Counted from the stretch's first letter, positions 31,257-60,120 are shown. The stretch is DNA of 64,000 bases from Trichoplax adhaerens (GCF_000150275.1 NW_002060945.1:8448011-8512010), one strand, 5' to 3'. Numbers and translations: made by a program. Notes: generated by a model not told the origin, from the sequence alone.

Positions 31257-32522
31257 CTACAAGAAAAGAGGGTAGCTTAGCTTTTGTTATTCTAATTTGA
31301 TGACTGTCAAGACATCATGCCAGAATTTATTGCTTTGCACAAACGCAAAATAATCAGTGCTCGATAGAATAAATCGATAGGTTCTTAATGATCTTCACCT
31401 ACGATATTCTCTCTATTACTGTATACTGTATTACTTCAATGGAAAAACATTTTTGGTTAGGTTATGATTTGAAATTGGCAGAGTTGGCTCGGTTTTGGGT
31501 ATTGAAATTGTGAATGATTTCTTACCTAAACTAGACCGTGATCAGGTATAATTACAGTTTTCAAAGTCAATAATGTTGCAATTTACAATGCTAATATCAA
31601 CTATACAGTACAGGGAAGCTGATTGATGGAATAAAACAATTTTGAGTCAATCCGGATAGAAGATTGAACTGTATTGTGTCGTCCTTTTAAATTTAGATTC
31701 AATTCTTGTATTTAAACTCACTGGACCCACACTGTCTTCTTCTCTTTCACTTCAAATTATTTTTCCTATTTTCCTTCAAGAAGAGTAATCTAGTTGAATG
31801 GCCGTTAGTATTCATGGTATGCTGTTATAGACCGTTATTACGGTTGTTTTCTGTTTATAACGGTACTCATCTTGATAATAGAGTTCATCTCAGTACCCAA
31901 GTTCTAGCGAATTCTTCTGATTTGGCTACAAGGAAAAATGCTGCACAAGAAAATCGTAACATATACGCTTGATGTTCGGTCATGATATCTGGTTTATTTG
32001 GCAGTGTCACGTTCTGTAATAGTTACATAATTAGTATGTTACCTTCTTTCTATATATGGTTAAATATCACGATGTTATCACGTCAAGCGTATATAGATGT
32101 AGTTATGGTACTATATTAAGGTTATCTATATATGTATTCTCATGTTGCCATACTTGGCATGATAGTCTATTTGTAATGACTAAACTAGGGAAACCTTTCT
32201 GTTAGTGATGATTTGATCACTCATAGATCACAATAAAGAAAGTATATAAACTCTTCATTTTAACAATAAAGTTAGTTCTTCAACTTAATTACTGGGTCTC
32301 CTTGCTGAGTGCAGATCTAGTACTTGTTACAAAATTTGGAAGTTGTAACAGGCAGTAATAGACGGTCTACTTAGCAAGCCAATACACTACTCAAAGTATT
32401 AATTATAGCTAATGATTGCAGATTTGATGAGTGCATAACAGCACGGGTTGCAATGCATTTTGTCTAGAGTAAATCCATAAAAGTCTCATAAAGCCTATGT
32501 TTATTATTACTTGCAGTGTTGT

Positions 32523-32544
32523 CAAGGACTACTAGTAGTCCTTG
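32523..32544. repeat. Perfect 22-bp palindrome CAAGGACTACTAGTAGTCCTTG
   Basis: The sequence equals its own reverse complement. Its arms match the hairpin arms in the array at ~46570-46720. Confidence 0.9.
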
Positions 32545-32869
32545 GTAGACATAGTGAACTTAAACAGAGTTGAATGGATAAACTATTGAAAGTCCAAAAC
32601 CAACTTGGCGAAACATTACTCTATTACATTGTAAATTATTTCCAAACCATTCTACCCAAACATTACTCTGACTTAAAATTATGTTTCTGTTCGTTATTTA
32701 CTGTGATCTAGTCTTTTTCTTTTGATATAAATTTTTTAACTAGAATATTGCTATCATTTCATGAGGGAACATTGAACAGTAGAAGAGCAGGACGGAATGC
32801 CTTGCTAACATAGACAATGCAATTCAGTAATCCTTTTCTTTCTTTGCCCACAGCCATATTTGCTAGCAA

Positions 32870-34300
32870 ATCACCGTACCAAGGCATATTGACATTAATG
32901 ATATCTCCATTTTTTTTCTGTTGACTACTTTAAAACTGGGACAATCCTTGCAAATAAGATCTTTTTCGGAGTACTTTCACAGCTATTATCGCTGCCATTG
33001 GAAATACATTACAGCAGGTAAAAATAGGCTATGATGTATATCGTAGCATTGAGTATGACATACTATCATGCAATCTTTTGCACTCTAGTATCCACAACAG
33101 ATTGCTTTGAGAATGAATATAGCGAAAGAGCGATTACGTCAGTAGTTGCACCTATTGGAGCCTTCTTCTTAAAGCTAATCACTAGTGGCATTTATAATAA
33201 TAAAGTAATACATCTAAATTGGTGAAGGAAATCACTGGTCCATCTAGCCTCAGATTGTCCCTTTCATTAAGCACTACTGCCATAGTCATACATTCAACTA
33301 AAATCATAACTCGGCAAGACAAAGTATCTTATTCTAAGAAAGAAAACTGCTTCCTTACCTTTGCTTTATCCATGGACTTGTCTTGACCGTGATCCATTTA
33401 GAATAAACTATGTTGAATCTAATCCATTTAGAATAAACCATGTTGAATCTAATCCATTTAGGATAAACTATGTTGAATCTGATCTATTTAGAATAAACTA
33501 TGTTGAATGTAATCCATACGAGACAAATTTGTTCATTCCTTTATAAACAAAGTGCTCTCATTCTAGCCATGATAAAAATAATCAACTCACGCACCTTCCT
33601 CTTACTGAACGCCTAGAACACAATGATTTGTAGCTATGAAAGAGTTCCAATCGTCGTTTAATCTGCTGCCTTATGTCACTCTCTTCCTTAACAGCAGTTT
33701 ACCGCTGGATATCTTCATCCATTGGCTTGGCCAACAAGTTCGATCTCTCTACTCCAAGCTAGACGAATTGCAACCGGCTTAATTGCTAGTCCTTCCAGAC
33801 TTAAACCAATGGCTTGTATAGGCACATCGGGCTGTCCAAATAGTGAAGATTGGAGTTTTCAAAGGAGCTAATTTGAATCGACAAGGTCAATACTAGGAGT
33901 GATGTTAGCAATTTAGTCAATCCCATTAGCTGTATGACCTGTTACAGCACTGTATGTGGAGGCCTTGTACTGGATATACTAACGTCGACTAGTGTTACGG
34001 AAGGGATACTGTATACTGTATAGGTTAATTCAATATGGAAGATCTCGCTAAGGATTCCCCCCAATTTTCTCCTGCTTTTATAGGCTTAATAAAGACGTTC
34101 AGTCTAGAATTTATGCAGAATTCCATGCTCTTAATAGGGCTGTTGATCTACGATTCAATTCTTTAGCAGTTACTCGATCCAATCATGTCCTGATTTAAGC
34201 TAATCTAGCATCACTATTGGAATCAGCCATCGCCAATGTCTGCAAGAATGTCCTTCATTTGCAATAAAGTTTTGCTCTATACACGTTCAATTGGACACGA
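32870..34300 (+). pseudogene. Decayed extracellular-type LRR gene relic between ABCC copies C and B
   Basis: Frameshifted LRR segments: SIEYDILSCNLL, ITSVVAPIGAFFLKLITSGIYNNKVIHL, NNQLTHLP (33577-33600), SLPLDIF (33696), GVFKG (33852), AFIGL (34074), VDLRFNSL (34142), ANLASL. Confidence 0.55.
33391..33518 (+). repeat. 30-bp minisatellite, ~4.3 copies
   Basis: (A/G)ATCCATTTAGAATAAACTATGTTGAATCT repeated; translates on + as NPFRINYVES units. Confidence 0.95.
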
Positions 34301-35427
34301 TTCTATTAGATACTGCACTGATTTAAATCGGGATAGGAGTATTATCAGATGGCTCTAGCAATACTACATTAATATCATAAGAAATCATCTTGAATGGCTG
34401 TAATAGCGACCACTCAAAATTGAGCTTTTCCAAACACTGCCTGCAACATTTCTTCCGTGCCATATTGCATGTAGTCGTCATATTTTCACTGTACGTGCAT
34501 CATTAATCTTAAATACTAGACTATCATAATGCATTAATTTCTTAATTGTTATATTAGCGCTCATATTATCATCATTTACATGCATAAACTACCATAACAA
34601 GTTATAAATATTCCAAAGTGATTTGGATACTGTACAATAGTCTAGTACATTTAGGTCTACGTATAGCAATTGGTTTGCCTCACGAGTACCAGTATTTTAA
34701 CTGACAATAGATATATAATATATAATTGAATATATAATTGAAACACATATGCATGTTATATGTTATATCATCTTTTCGATAGAGCGGATTTCTTAAATCA
34801 TAGCACGGACATGTTATATCCCATTCTTGTTCATTTACTTCGCTTATATTATAGATTCTTCTCGCTGCTTTGTACAATATAGTCGTGTGGTATAACTATA
34901 CTTTGATCTTCCTTATTATGATTATATAGACAAGCTTGTATGTTTAACGTACAATGTATAATATACTCATAGTGTCAATATAAACTCGGTCAACTTTTCT
35001 TTCTGATTGCTATTTATTTTATCAGCCAAAAATAATTAAAAGATTGTGATCAATAAAGTCAAATCATATCTTAGACTATATCTTTCAAAGAAAGTAATCG
35101 TGTTGATGTTTAAGGAATCATCAGGCCATCAAATGCAATTTGAAATAGATATTAAGTATCGTATTTTGATATCAAACATTTTAAATTGAGATAAATATCA
35201 TACGTACTTATACAATTGTAGAGTAATAAATAGAGAGAGCCGTGATCTCATTGCCAAGATTATGATCGCGTCATCATGATGACGATACCACGTTTTTAAA
35301 TTAGAATATTTAACATGAAATAAATAAGCGATTTATTTAAAATAAAAAAATTATTAGAGATAACACCGCGGCTTCTTTACTAACTACTAGCCTCATCGAT
35401 TACAATGTGCTTATAAGACATTAACAG

Positions 35428-43388
<7,961 letters not shown>

Positions 43389-43470
43389 CTATTGGTAGTA
43401 AAATAAGGACATATTTCAATACAGGATTTATGGCAGTTTCTTAAGTTTACTCACTTAATTAGTCAATCAA

Positions 43471-43520
43471 NNNNNNNNNNNNNNNNNNNNNNNNNNNNNN
43501 NNNNNNNNNNNNNNNNNNNN
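43471..43520. other. Assembly gap (50 N)
   Basis: Run of 50 n characters. Confidence 1.
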
Positions 43521-43524
43521 TTAC

Positions 43525-44727
43525 CGCAATAAGGCATGGTATACCAACTAGAAAATAATCAAAGACAAAGATTCTAAATAGTGCCCGAATTAAACTTGGT
43601 TTACCACCATTATCTCGAATTTTTAATTCTTTTTCCCATTCCCTATTTTGATGATTATAGAATTTGGTGATCAAGTTTAGCAGCCTTAGGTTATCCCTAT
43701 TCAATGATTCTAATAAGGCATCAAGTGTCTATTTGGCTACTGTAGTGCAGGCCCAAATTAGCTTAAGATTACAATAACTAATTAAGTGGGGCTAAACTTA
43801 TGGGTGGGAAGATGAATTTTGCTGTATAATTTATATAGTCTGATTGCAGTTAGGTAGTAGTTATTCGACGAACCTAATTTATGTATTAAAGTGAAGTTTA
43901 CAAAAAACTGTGGATCTTGTTCGACTGTTTTGAAGACACTTTATCACATATGCCTAGTTACGTTATTCTATTCGGTTATGCTAATTACTTTACCTGTCAA
44001 ATTTCTTTAATAGTGCGTCCGATTTATCGGCATCACTTAACTGATAGAGATCTTCTAATTCGAGTCGCCTCTTTGCACTAATTCGTACTAATTTATTTAG
44101 CCACCTGCATTGCAATCAAAATATGAAATTTCCTTGAATATGAAGATCTTTGAATAGATTGAAGTGGTCGTTATTTTTACTCGATCGATATTACAAATTT
44201 AGATGGTATAATTTTCATCATAATAGATAAATATAGTTAATTAATGCAAAAGTATGATAAAGTATAATTTGGTATTATTGTATTCCATTTAGCAAGAGAT
44301 GATGGTTGGCATATTTATTTCTATACTCATAAATGATGAGGAGGAATACTAACCAAAAAGAAACCACACGAGTAAACCAGCAGTCAGTATCTAGTGGAAT
44401 TCTTTTATTGTCTTTCTATTAATAGCAAAGAAGGATATCATTCAAGACTGAAATTCCAGCCACTGAAATGAATGGATGATTTGCATCCGATACAATTCAA
44501 TGAAAGTGTGTATCTTTCCATTCCACTATAAATACTGTAATTATTACCATGACGACTCTTTTGCATCAAGATTTCTACTGGTAGATAAAATATGCTTACT
44601 ATTCCATCATTTTTAACAGCAAGTAGGCAAAAATACAGGTAATCCATCAGTAGGAATAAGCAAGATTACAGACATCGTTGATAAACCTTACCTGAGTGGA
44701 AACTTGCTTATGATCATATCGCTCCAT
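43525..44727 (-). CDS. 5' four exons of an additional ABCC4-like paralog (copy C'), truncated by the gap
   Basis: Exon 1 MERYDHKQVSTQ (ATG 44727); exon 2 KDNKRIPLDTDCWFTRVVSFW; exon 3 WLNKLVRISAKRRLELEDLYQLSDADKSDALLKKFD; exon 4 EWEKELKIRDNGGKPSLIRALFRIFVFDYFLVGIPCLIA. All have intact splice sites and duplicate exons 2-4 of copy C. Confidence 0.8.
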
Positions 44728-45854
44728 TGATTTATGCAAACTTGTTATCTACCGGACGAGGGGATGTAATAGAATTCTTTATTGAAGATCTAGCCACTAG
44801 CATTATCAGACTACCAATGACATTAAGTGTTTATTAGCACTCTATTACCACTGTGCTTATAAAATTTAGATCAACTGCAGCCATTTTATCGGCCAATTTC
44901 TCATTTCACTGCATGACTCTGAGGCTGCAGCACTCTTGCTACTGCAGGGTGGTACAGTATGTACTGTAAACTACAGTACATGGATGGTAGGGATTGTAGC
45001 GAGCTAGGTGAGTGCTTAAACAGTCGACTATTCCATATACTGAACATAGAGAGATAATTAGCCACGCAAGTATCATTACGGCCCATGATAGGATACCAGA
45101 TCCAATATACGGTCGATGAATATGGTATACGATTATAGTATAGTGCTTAGTACAATGGCGCTAGTACTGTATATTGTATAGGGAACTGTGTGAAGTTTAT
45201 ACTGATGCAGTCAGTGCATGACACCTGCATGAGAAAAATGAATCTTTGCCGAGGACTACTAGAAAAATCTCGAGCAGTCCCTAGATAAATTATTAAGTAG
45301 AAGACTAGGCCATCAATGGCTAGCTCTTGTAATACTACTTCCCTATATTAACTACAATCGACTCACAAGAATGAGTAAGACTCCGTTAATATAAAAAGTT
45401 TTATTACGATGTTAAAATACAGGCATTAAAACCTACAGATAGAATATCAAAAGAATATCTACTATGACTTCTCCAAGCTAACCTATGAATGAATCTATCT
45501 AGCTCTACAATTATATTAGCCTCCTTATATATCTATCGTTGATGTAAATATTTGCATCAAAACTCTATCACAATTTTCCCTATACAAAATAGTATATCGT
45601 AACGGCTACAGTATAGAAGCCCTTTAACATGATCCGCGTCTTGTTTATATCGCCTCGAACCTTGTTCCTCAGCTCCTCGACCAATAGTCAATCTTCTAGG
45701 ACTTCCACCTGCGCTTCTCGCCAAGAGGCCCATTAACACCGCTACATCTTTCTGATTCCCACCAATAGATAATCAATAGCATATATAGCGCTAACATAGG
45801 AGGAACTGACACCATGTTCCACACAACTAGAGACAATTTAATATTACCGTTACA

Positions 45855-47080
45855 GGTCTATTTCCGCATATCGTAATATATCTTCAAGCTATTAGAATAA
45901 GAACTGGTGTAAGGGTGTATAGGTGTATGCAACACCGTCAATATGAAGAATTCCCGCAATTTGCACTTTTGCAGTTGGCGTAAATTGAATTTGCAATTTG
46001 CAAAATACCTACTTATCTTCAAAATATTAGGACAGGAACTAAGGTGAGGGTGTATCGATGTATGCAACACCATCAATACGAAGAATTCCGATAATTTGCA
46101 TAATGCCTAGTTAATTTGCAAAATACAGTAAATGCAATTTGCAATTTGCAAAATGCCCAGTTCATTTACATAGTATGCTCAAAATATTAGGACAAGAACT
46201 AATGTGAGGGTGTATAGATATATGTACTACCATCAGTACGAAGAATTCCGGCTATTTGCATAATGCCTAGTTAATTTGCATAGTACGCTCAAAATATTAG
46301 AACAAGAACTAATGTGAGGGTGTATAGATGTATGTACTACCGTCAATACGAAGAATTTTAGCAATTTGCAAAATGAATAATTAATTTGCATAGTATCCTC
46401 AAAATATTAGAACAAGAACTAGTGTGAGGGTGTATGAACTAATATGAACTGCAAGAAAAATTTCTAATAGTGCGTAGATTAGTAGACTAGGTCTATGTAT
46501 TTCTCTATGTGATACAGTATCTTCAAAGTTCTAGAATAAGGACTAGTATGAGCGTGTATGAACTACCCTAGACTACTAGAAATTTTCAAGTAGTCCATGA
46601 ATTAGTAGGCTAGGTCTATTCCCGTATATGATACAGTATCTTCGAAATATAGGAATAAGAATTAGTGTGAGGGTGTATGGACTACCATGGATTACTAAAA
46701 AAATTTCTAGTAGTCTATGGACTATACGTATTAGTAGACTAGGTCTATTTCCGAACGTGATGATACAGTATCTTTAAATTATTACAACAAGAACTAGTGA
46801 TAGGGTATATGGATACATGAATCTGAGCTCACTGTCCGTAGTTTCTGAAGTATCCTATGAACCACTCAACCCCTTATAGTCCTAATCTGGAGATTATGGC
46901 CAGCAAACTATCGCAATACCAATGGTAATTGATAATACTGCGCTATACTCGTATATACAGACTCAATACAGAGGTATATGAGAAAAATCACTCTTTACAT
47001 GACCTCTAAAAAGACATCGTAGACTAGATCTCTTTCCGTATGTAATAAAGTATGCTCAAAGTATTCCAACAAGAACTAGC
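45855..47080. repeat. Composite tandem array: ~43-bp conserved core with two classes of ~65-115 bp interspersed segments
   Basis: Core GTAT(C/G)(T/C)TCAAAATATTAGAACAAGAACTA(G/A)TGTGAGGGTGTAT at ~45876, 46013, 46173, 46283, 46393, 46517, 46636 and 46768, plus a partial copy at ~47050. Confidence 0.9.
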
Positions 47081-47109
47081 ATTTCTTGTAAAATTTCACT
47101 TCATTACAT

Positions 47110-47700
47110 AAACTTGATTCTTCAAACTATACCAAGTGTAATGAGGTCTTAGTTAGATCAGCAAAGCTAGTACGTCTGTAAGATCAAAAAAAGCTCTATT
47201 TACCTAACGGTACCTATCTTCAGTCGACAACTGTCTAACTTATTACAGCAAGTTCTTTGATTTACCCGATGTTACGGAGCCAAGCTCGAAATAATAAAAG
47301 CCTTGTTAGTTAAAATATCTAATATAAATTGTTGTTTGTTCCAGTAGTCTAATAAGTGTTAACGAATACTTGTTTATTGATAAGGTTAATGTCTAAGTAA
47401 TTGAATACTAATACCTAAGTGTAAGGTATAATTTGTACTGAGCCTTGAGGCTCTAATTGGCACAAATAAAATTATTATTCTTAATTAGCGTTAACTTACA
47501 CTGATTTATGTTAACTTCTTCCATCTAAATTCCTATACTAAACAGTGTAAGTCGCTATGTCTAAGATACTAACATATGCACCATCGGCGGAGGTCGAGCA
47601 CTAAATTAGCTGTTCAGTTCCATTTTAATCATTTTTAGATCTTTAAGACCCGTTCGAAAAGGCAATTCGTAACACCCGCATATACTCGTATTATGAATTC
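47110..47700 (-). pseudogene. Decayed LRR gene fragment
   Basis: GLKDLKMIKMELNS, INLINKQVFVN, LDILTNKAF, CNKLDS, NRAFFDLTD and TSFADLTK in shifting frames. Confidence 0.4.
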
Positions 47701-48654
47701 AATCTGAAGCTAATCTGGGTTTCACTACAAATCGCAAGAGTTGAAGAATTTGGTAACAGTGTCTTAGGTCTTCTCTATCTTGCATAGCGGTTTTAATAAA
47801 ACTAGAAAATTTAAAAGCTATGCGTATGTATAATGTAATGCATCATGTAGCTCAATATGATATATTTGCAAGTGTATGTGCGCCATGTTAGTCAACATTA
47901 ATAATTATAATCTGTAATTGGATGATTGAATGAATAAGCTACGTTAATAATACTTTAAATACCAATAATCTAAAAAGCAAGTACTGTACCATAGAAAGCT
48001 ACGTAATAGTAATAAATCCACAACATAATATAAATACTTTCTAACTTATAACGTGAGAACAGTTAATAGCCAACTATTCTTCGTTGATTCTTTCGCTCAG
48101 TATCGGAAATCAGGTTTGACTATGCTGCCGCAATTTCAATTCAATCTAATGCTACCAGGTGAAGGTACATACTGTATCAATAACTCAAAATATTCAATTA
48201 TCCATAATTAGCAAGATGAAAAGTTTATAGACAGTCTTATATTTATTACAGGTTTAAAGGTAAAACATCGTATAAGTAGATTGCAAGAAACGCTCTATGT
48301 TTTATGCTATGTTAACTGACTGAATACAGGATCTTAACACAGCATTAGCTAAGATGATCGCACTAGCATTTACTCGTTAAGATTCGTACAAGAAGCATTT
48401 TAGCAAGCTTTATTTATCATAATATTGCAAAGATGCCACGAATAAATTATTCCTGTAGCTATTCTGACAATCGCTGCCCTAAATGTTATTTCGTAAGAAA
48501 TTTTAACAACGAAATAATAAATGAATTTTAATACTTTTCCGCTTGAATTATGTACGATTGTACTGTAACTATGGACACACCTTGTCCGTTACTCCTATAC
48601 CTAAGCAATTGACCATAAATGAATTATCACTATACTCTATTCTACCTTTAATAA

Positions 48655-57478
<8,824 letters not shown>

Positions 57479-57999
57479 GTTTTGAAGATTTTGAACCAAT
57501 TTCTTTAGAATGTGGTGAAACTAACTTATGCTTCTGTTTAAGCAAAGTTAGTAATACGTATTTATAATGACTGATATAATGTAATTAAATATCGTAAGAT
57601 CTTGTTCGGATTATGCGTAATCTACAATTTTATTAGAGGATTTTATCGTTTTATCAGTTACCGCTTGTCTAACGCATTGTAATTAGTTCAGGAAGTTCAA
57701 CCCATAGAGGTAAAATAATTTCTCACTTTAGCCCTTACAAAGGCCAAAGAGTTACTATTCAGTTTTAGTGGACTTTAAACTTTAAACTTAAATAAACAAG
57801 GAATAGACTAATGGCGCTATTAAAATATCATGCAGCATGGATGACTTACAAAATATCGCCAGCATGTTATTATAATTGCAATTAATTCCAGAAATGCACC
57901 ATTGATTCACTTTCCATATATATAAACTGATAATTTTTCAAGCGTACCGTAGCCAAGTAAGAAAAGATAATACTTATTTTGCGAAAGCAACGCCTGTAA

Positions 58000-59036
58000 T
58001 AGCATGGAATTAATATGGTCGTAGGTGATCACTGCGTCTATGAAACTCTGTATAAACATGAATATTCATAGCCAATCCAATCTTTCTACAATGCATGCCA
58101 GGGTCCACTTATAAGGTGTAATATAACCCCCCAAAATACGATAGTATGTTTCGGTTGTGTACATCTACGTAAATCATTGACGCAAACTAAAATCGGATCA
58201 TAAAATCTGAAAGAGACTAACTAGAACTAATGCATAAAATTCGCCTAGATATTATGGCTAAGGTTGTATATTGTAGTTGAATTTAATCACATGGAAATGG
58301 TTCAATACTGCAATTCTTATACTGTATAATATTTCGTAGCATGGCTGTTAATCTTTCCATGAGGCAAAGTAGAAGAAATACCGCACCAAGGTCAGGATAA
58401 GCGTGATGAGGTCACCAGTATGTATTCCATAGTACCGTAGTCATTGCAATCAATAGTAAAGCAAAAGGTTAAGCAATCTTTCCGCAATCAATAATTTCTT
58501 TGTTTATGTAACACAGCAGTACTTGTTTGCCAGTTTACACCTAAAATAGGGTTGAAAAAGAGACTACAGACTATAAGCATGGATAATTAGAAGAAAATTA
58601 CTCTAGTAATCCATGTTGTAAGTAATACGATTGAATGCTTGTCGTTGCATCTCTAGTATGCGCGTAGAGCAAAGGCCAAAGTATAATGATGTATAACTCG
58701 GCAACGTAATGCAGCACTGCAGTTGATTACCATTACTGTACTTGAGTTAATGGTAACGAATGAAAATTTTTATCAAAATGTAGCACCCTATATTAGCTAG
58801 TCCTTTGTATTCCCACTCACTTGATGAAAAAATTGACAGCTTTGATACATGCTTCGTCTCTGTTATCATGCAGAGTAATAAATTATATTTACAGAATAGG
58901 ATTATAGGATAGCGGACAACCTCACGTAAGTAAGTCCTTAACGACAGCTCCATCCTACTACCAATGAAATAATTATCTTATCATGATAGTTGTCTCAAGA
59001 ATATTTTAACGTATTCCTAATGACACGATGAGAAGT
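58000..59036 (-). pseudogene. Decayed rhodopsin-class (class A) GPCR relic
   Basis: TM1 LLIVSLGIR*NILETTIMIR; TM2 MELSL/DLLT; ECL1 EWEYKGLANIGCY; TM3 FSFVTINSSTVMVI..RCRVI/ILWPLLY; TM4 SIVLLTTWI; TM5 PFALLLIAMTTVL. Correct order, with stops and frameshifts. Confidence 0.55.
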
Positions 59037-59342
59037 CGACGACTTTTTATGCGTCCACTGTTTCTCTAAGTGTAATGTAGATTAACTAATTATTATACTC
59101 GTATACGCAATAAAGTGTATCAGAACCAGCTCATGTGTTCAAGGATATAAAGTAAAAATATTATAAAGCTGTTCGTTAGTCGTATCTGATTGAGAAAATC
59201 GCGACCTCGGTACCAGTTATTTTTAAAATGAATTATCCATACATCTAAGTGGAAGTATAAGCAAATTCACACATTCTGTTCAATTGAATGGACGTCGCAT
59301 TGGAAACAAATTGACAGCTTATGCGAATTATTATTGTAGGAT

Positions 59343-59876
59343 TGTAGATGTAGTAGATACAATGTAAATGAGCAAAGTACTCGTAGATAGTTCCGTCTCA
59401 TAATGACAAGCAAAGACTATTACGAAAATTCTTCAGAATGGAATGATAATTAATAATCTTATATAAAATAATTAATATATCTCTGCTGGTACCGGATGGT
59501 CTTATTGATGAGGATAGTAGACGTAGTAGTTACAATGTAAATGAGCAAAGTACTCGTAGATAGCTCCGTCTCATAATGACAAGCAAAGACTATTACGAAA
59601 ATTCCTCAGATTGGAATAATAATCAATAGTCTTATATAAAATAATTAATATATCTCTGCTGGTACCGGATGGTCTTATTGATGAGGATAGTAGACGTAGC
59701 AGTTACAATGTAAATGAGCAAAGTACTCGTAGATAGCTCCGTCTCATAATGGCAAGCAAAGACTATTACGAAAATTCCTCAGATTGGAATAATAATTAAT
59801 AGTCTTATATAAAATAATCCCAATAAAATAATTAATATATCTCTGCTGGTACCGGATGTCTTATTGATTAGGATAT
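59343..59876. repeat. 173-bp tandem repeat, 3 near-identical copies
   Basis: ACAATGTAAATGAGCAAAGTACTCGTAGATAG recurs at 59359, 59532 and 59705 (period 173). Confidence 0.97.
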
Positions 59877-59903
59877 ACCTTATCGTTTATGTTGATGACC
59901 AGT

Positions 59904-59933
59904 CGAAACCGTACACGAAACCGTACACGAAAC
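59904..59933. repeat. 12-bp direct repeat (CGAAACCGTACA) x2.5
   Basis: cgaaaccgtacacgaaaccgtacacgaaac. Confidence 0.85.
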
Positions 59934-59983
59934 AAGTGCCACTGCCTGTCCTACAATACACTGTTATACAGTACTTACTTTCC

Positions 59984-60088
59984 GTACTGTACAGTACTGT
60001 ACTGTACACTATGCAGTATGTACAGTACAGTACAGTACAGTACAGTACAGTACTGTACGGTACAATACAAGTGTGTGTACTGTACTGT
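59984..60088. repeat. (TACAG/CTGTA)n pentamer microsatellite with strand-switching orientation, just upstream of the VPS41 ATG
   Basis: tactgtacagtactgtactgta...tacagtacagtacagtacagtacagtacagtactgta... Confidence 0.9.
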
Positions 60089-60120
60089 CGATTTTCCGAT
60101 TGACAGTCTCTGATTTGATC

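Noticed and set aside
32760-33300. Possible DIRS retrotransposon fragment on the minus strand (NMPWYGDLLANMAV)
   Set aside because: No RT or tyrosine-recombinase motifs were seen, and the plus strand of the same region gives a more consistent LRR reading.
33700-34260. Minus-strand frame with many stops suggesting C-to-T hypermutation
   Set aside because: Every stop codon begins with T, so this is uninformative. Stop density looks like that expected for AT-rich random sequence.
45855-47080. CRISPR-like repeat/spacer appearance
   Set aside because: Eukaryotic context with no cas genes. The core repeats are degenerate, and the 'spacers' are homologous to each other in two classes rather than unique.
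59343-59876. Box C/D snoRNA array (TTGATGA in the first two units)
   Set aside because: No matching box D (CTGA) or terminal stem on the same strand.
59864-60113. Two short plus-strand ORFs rich in Y/S/T/V/Q
   Set aside because: They are translations of the TACAG microsatellite.
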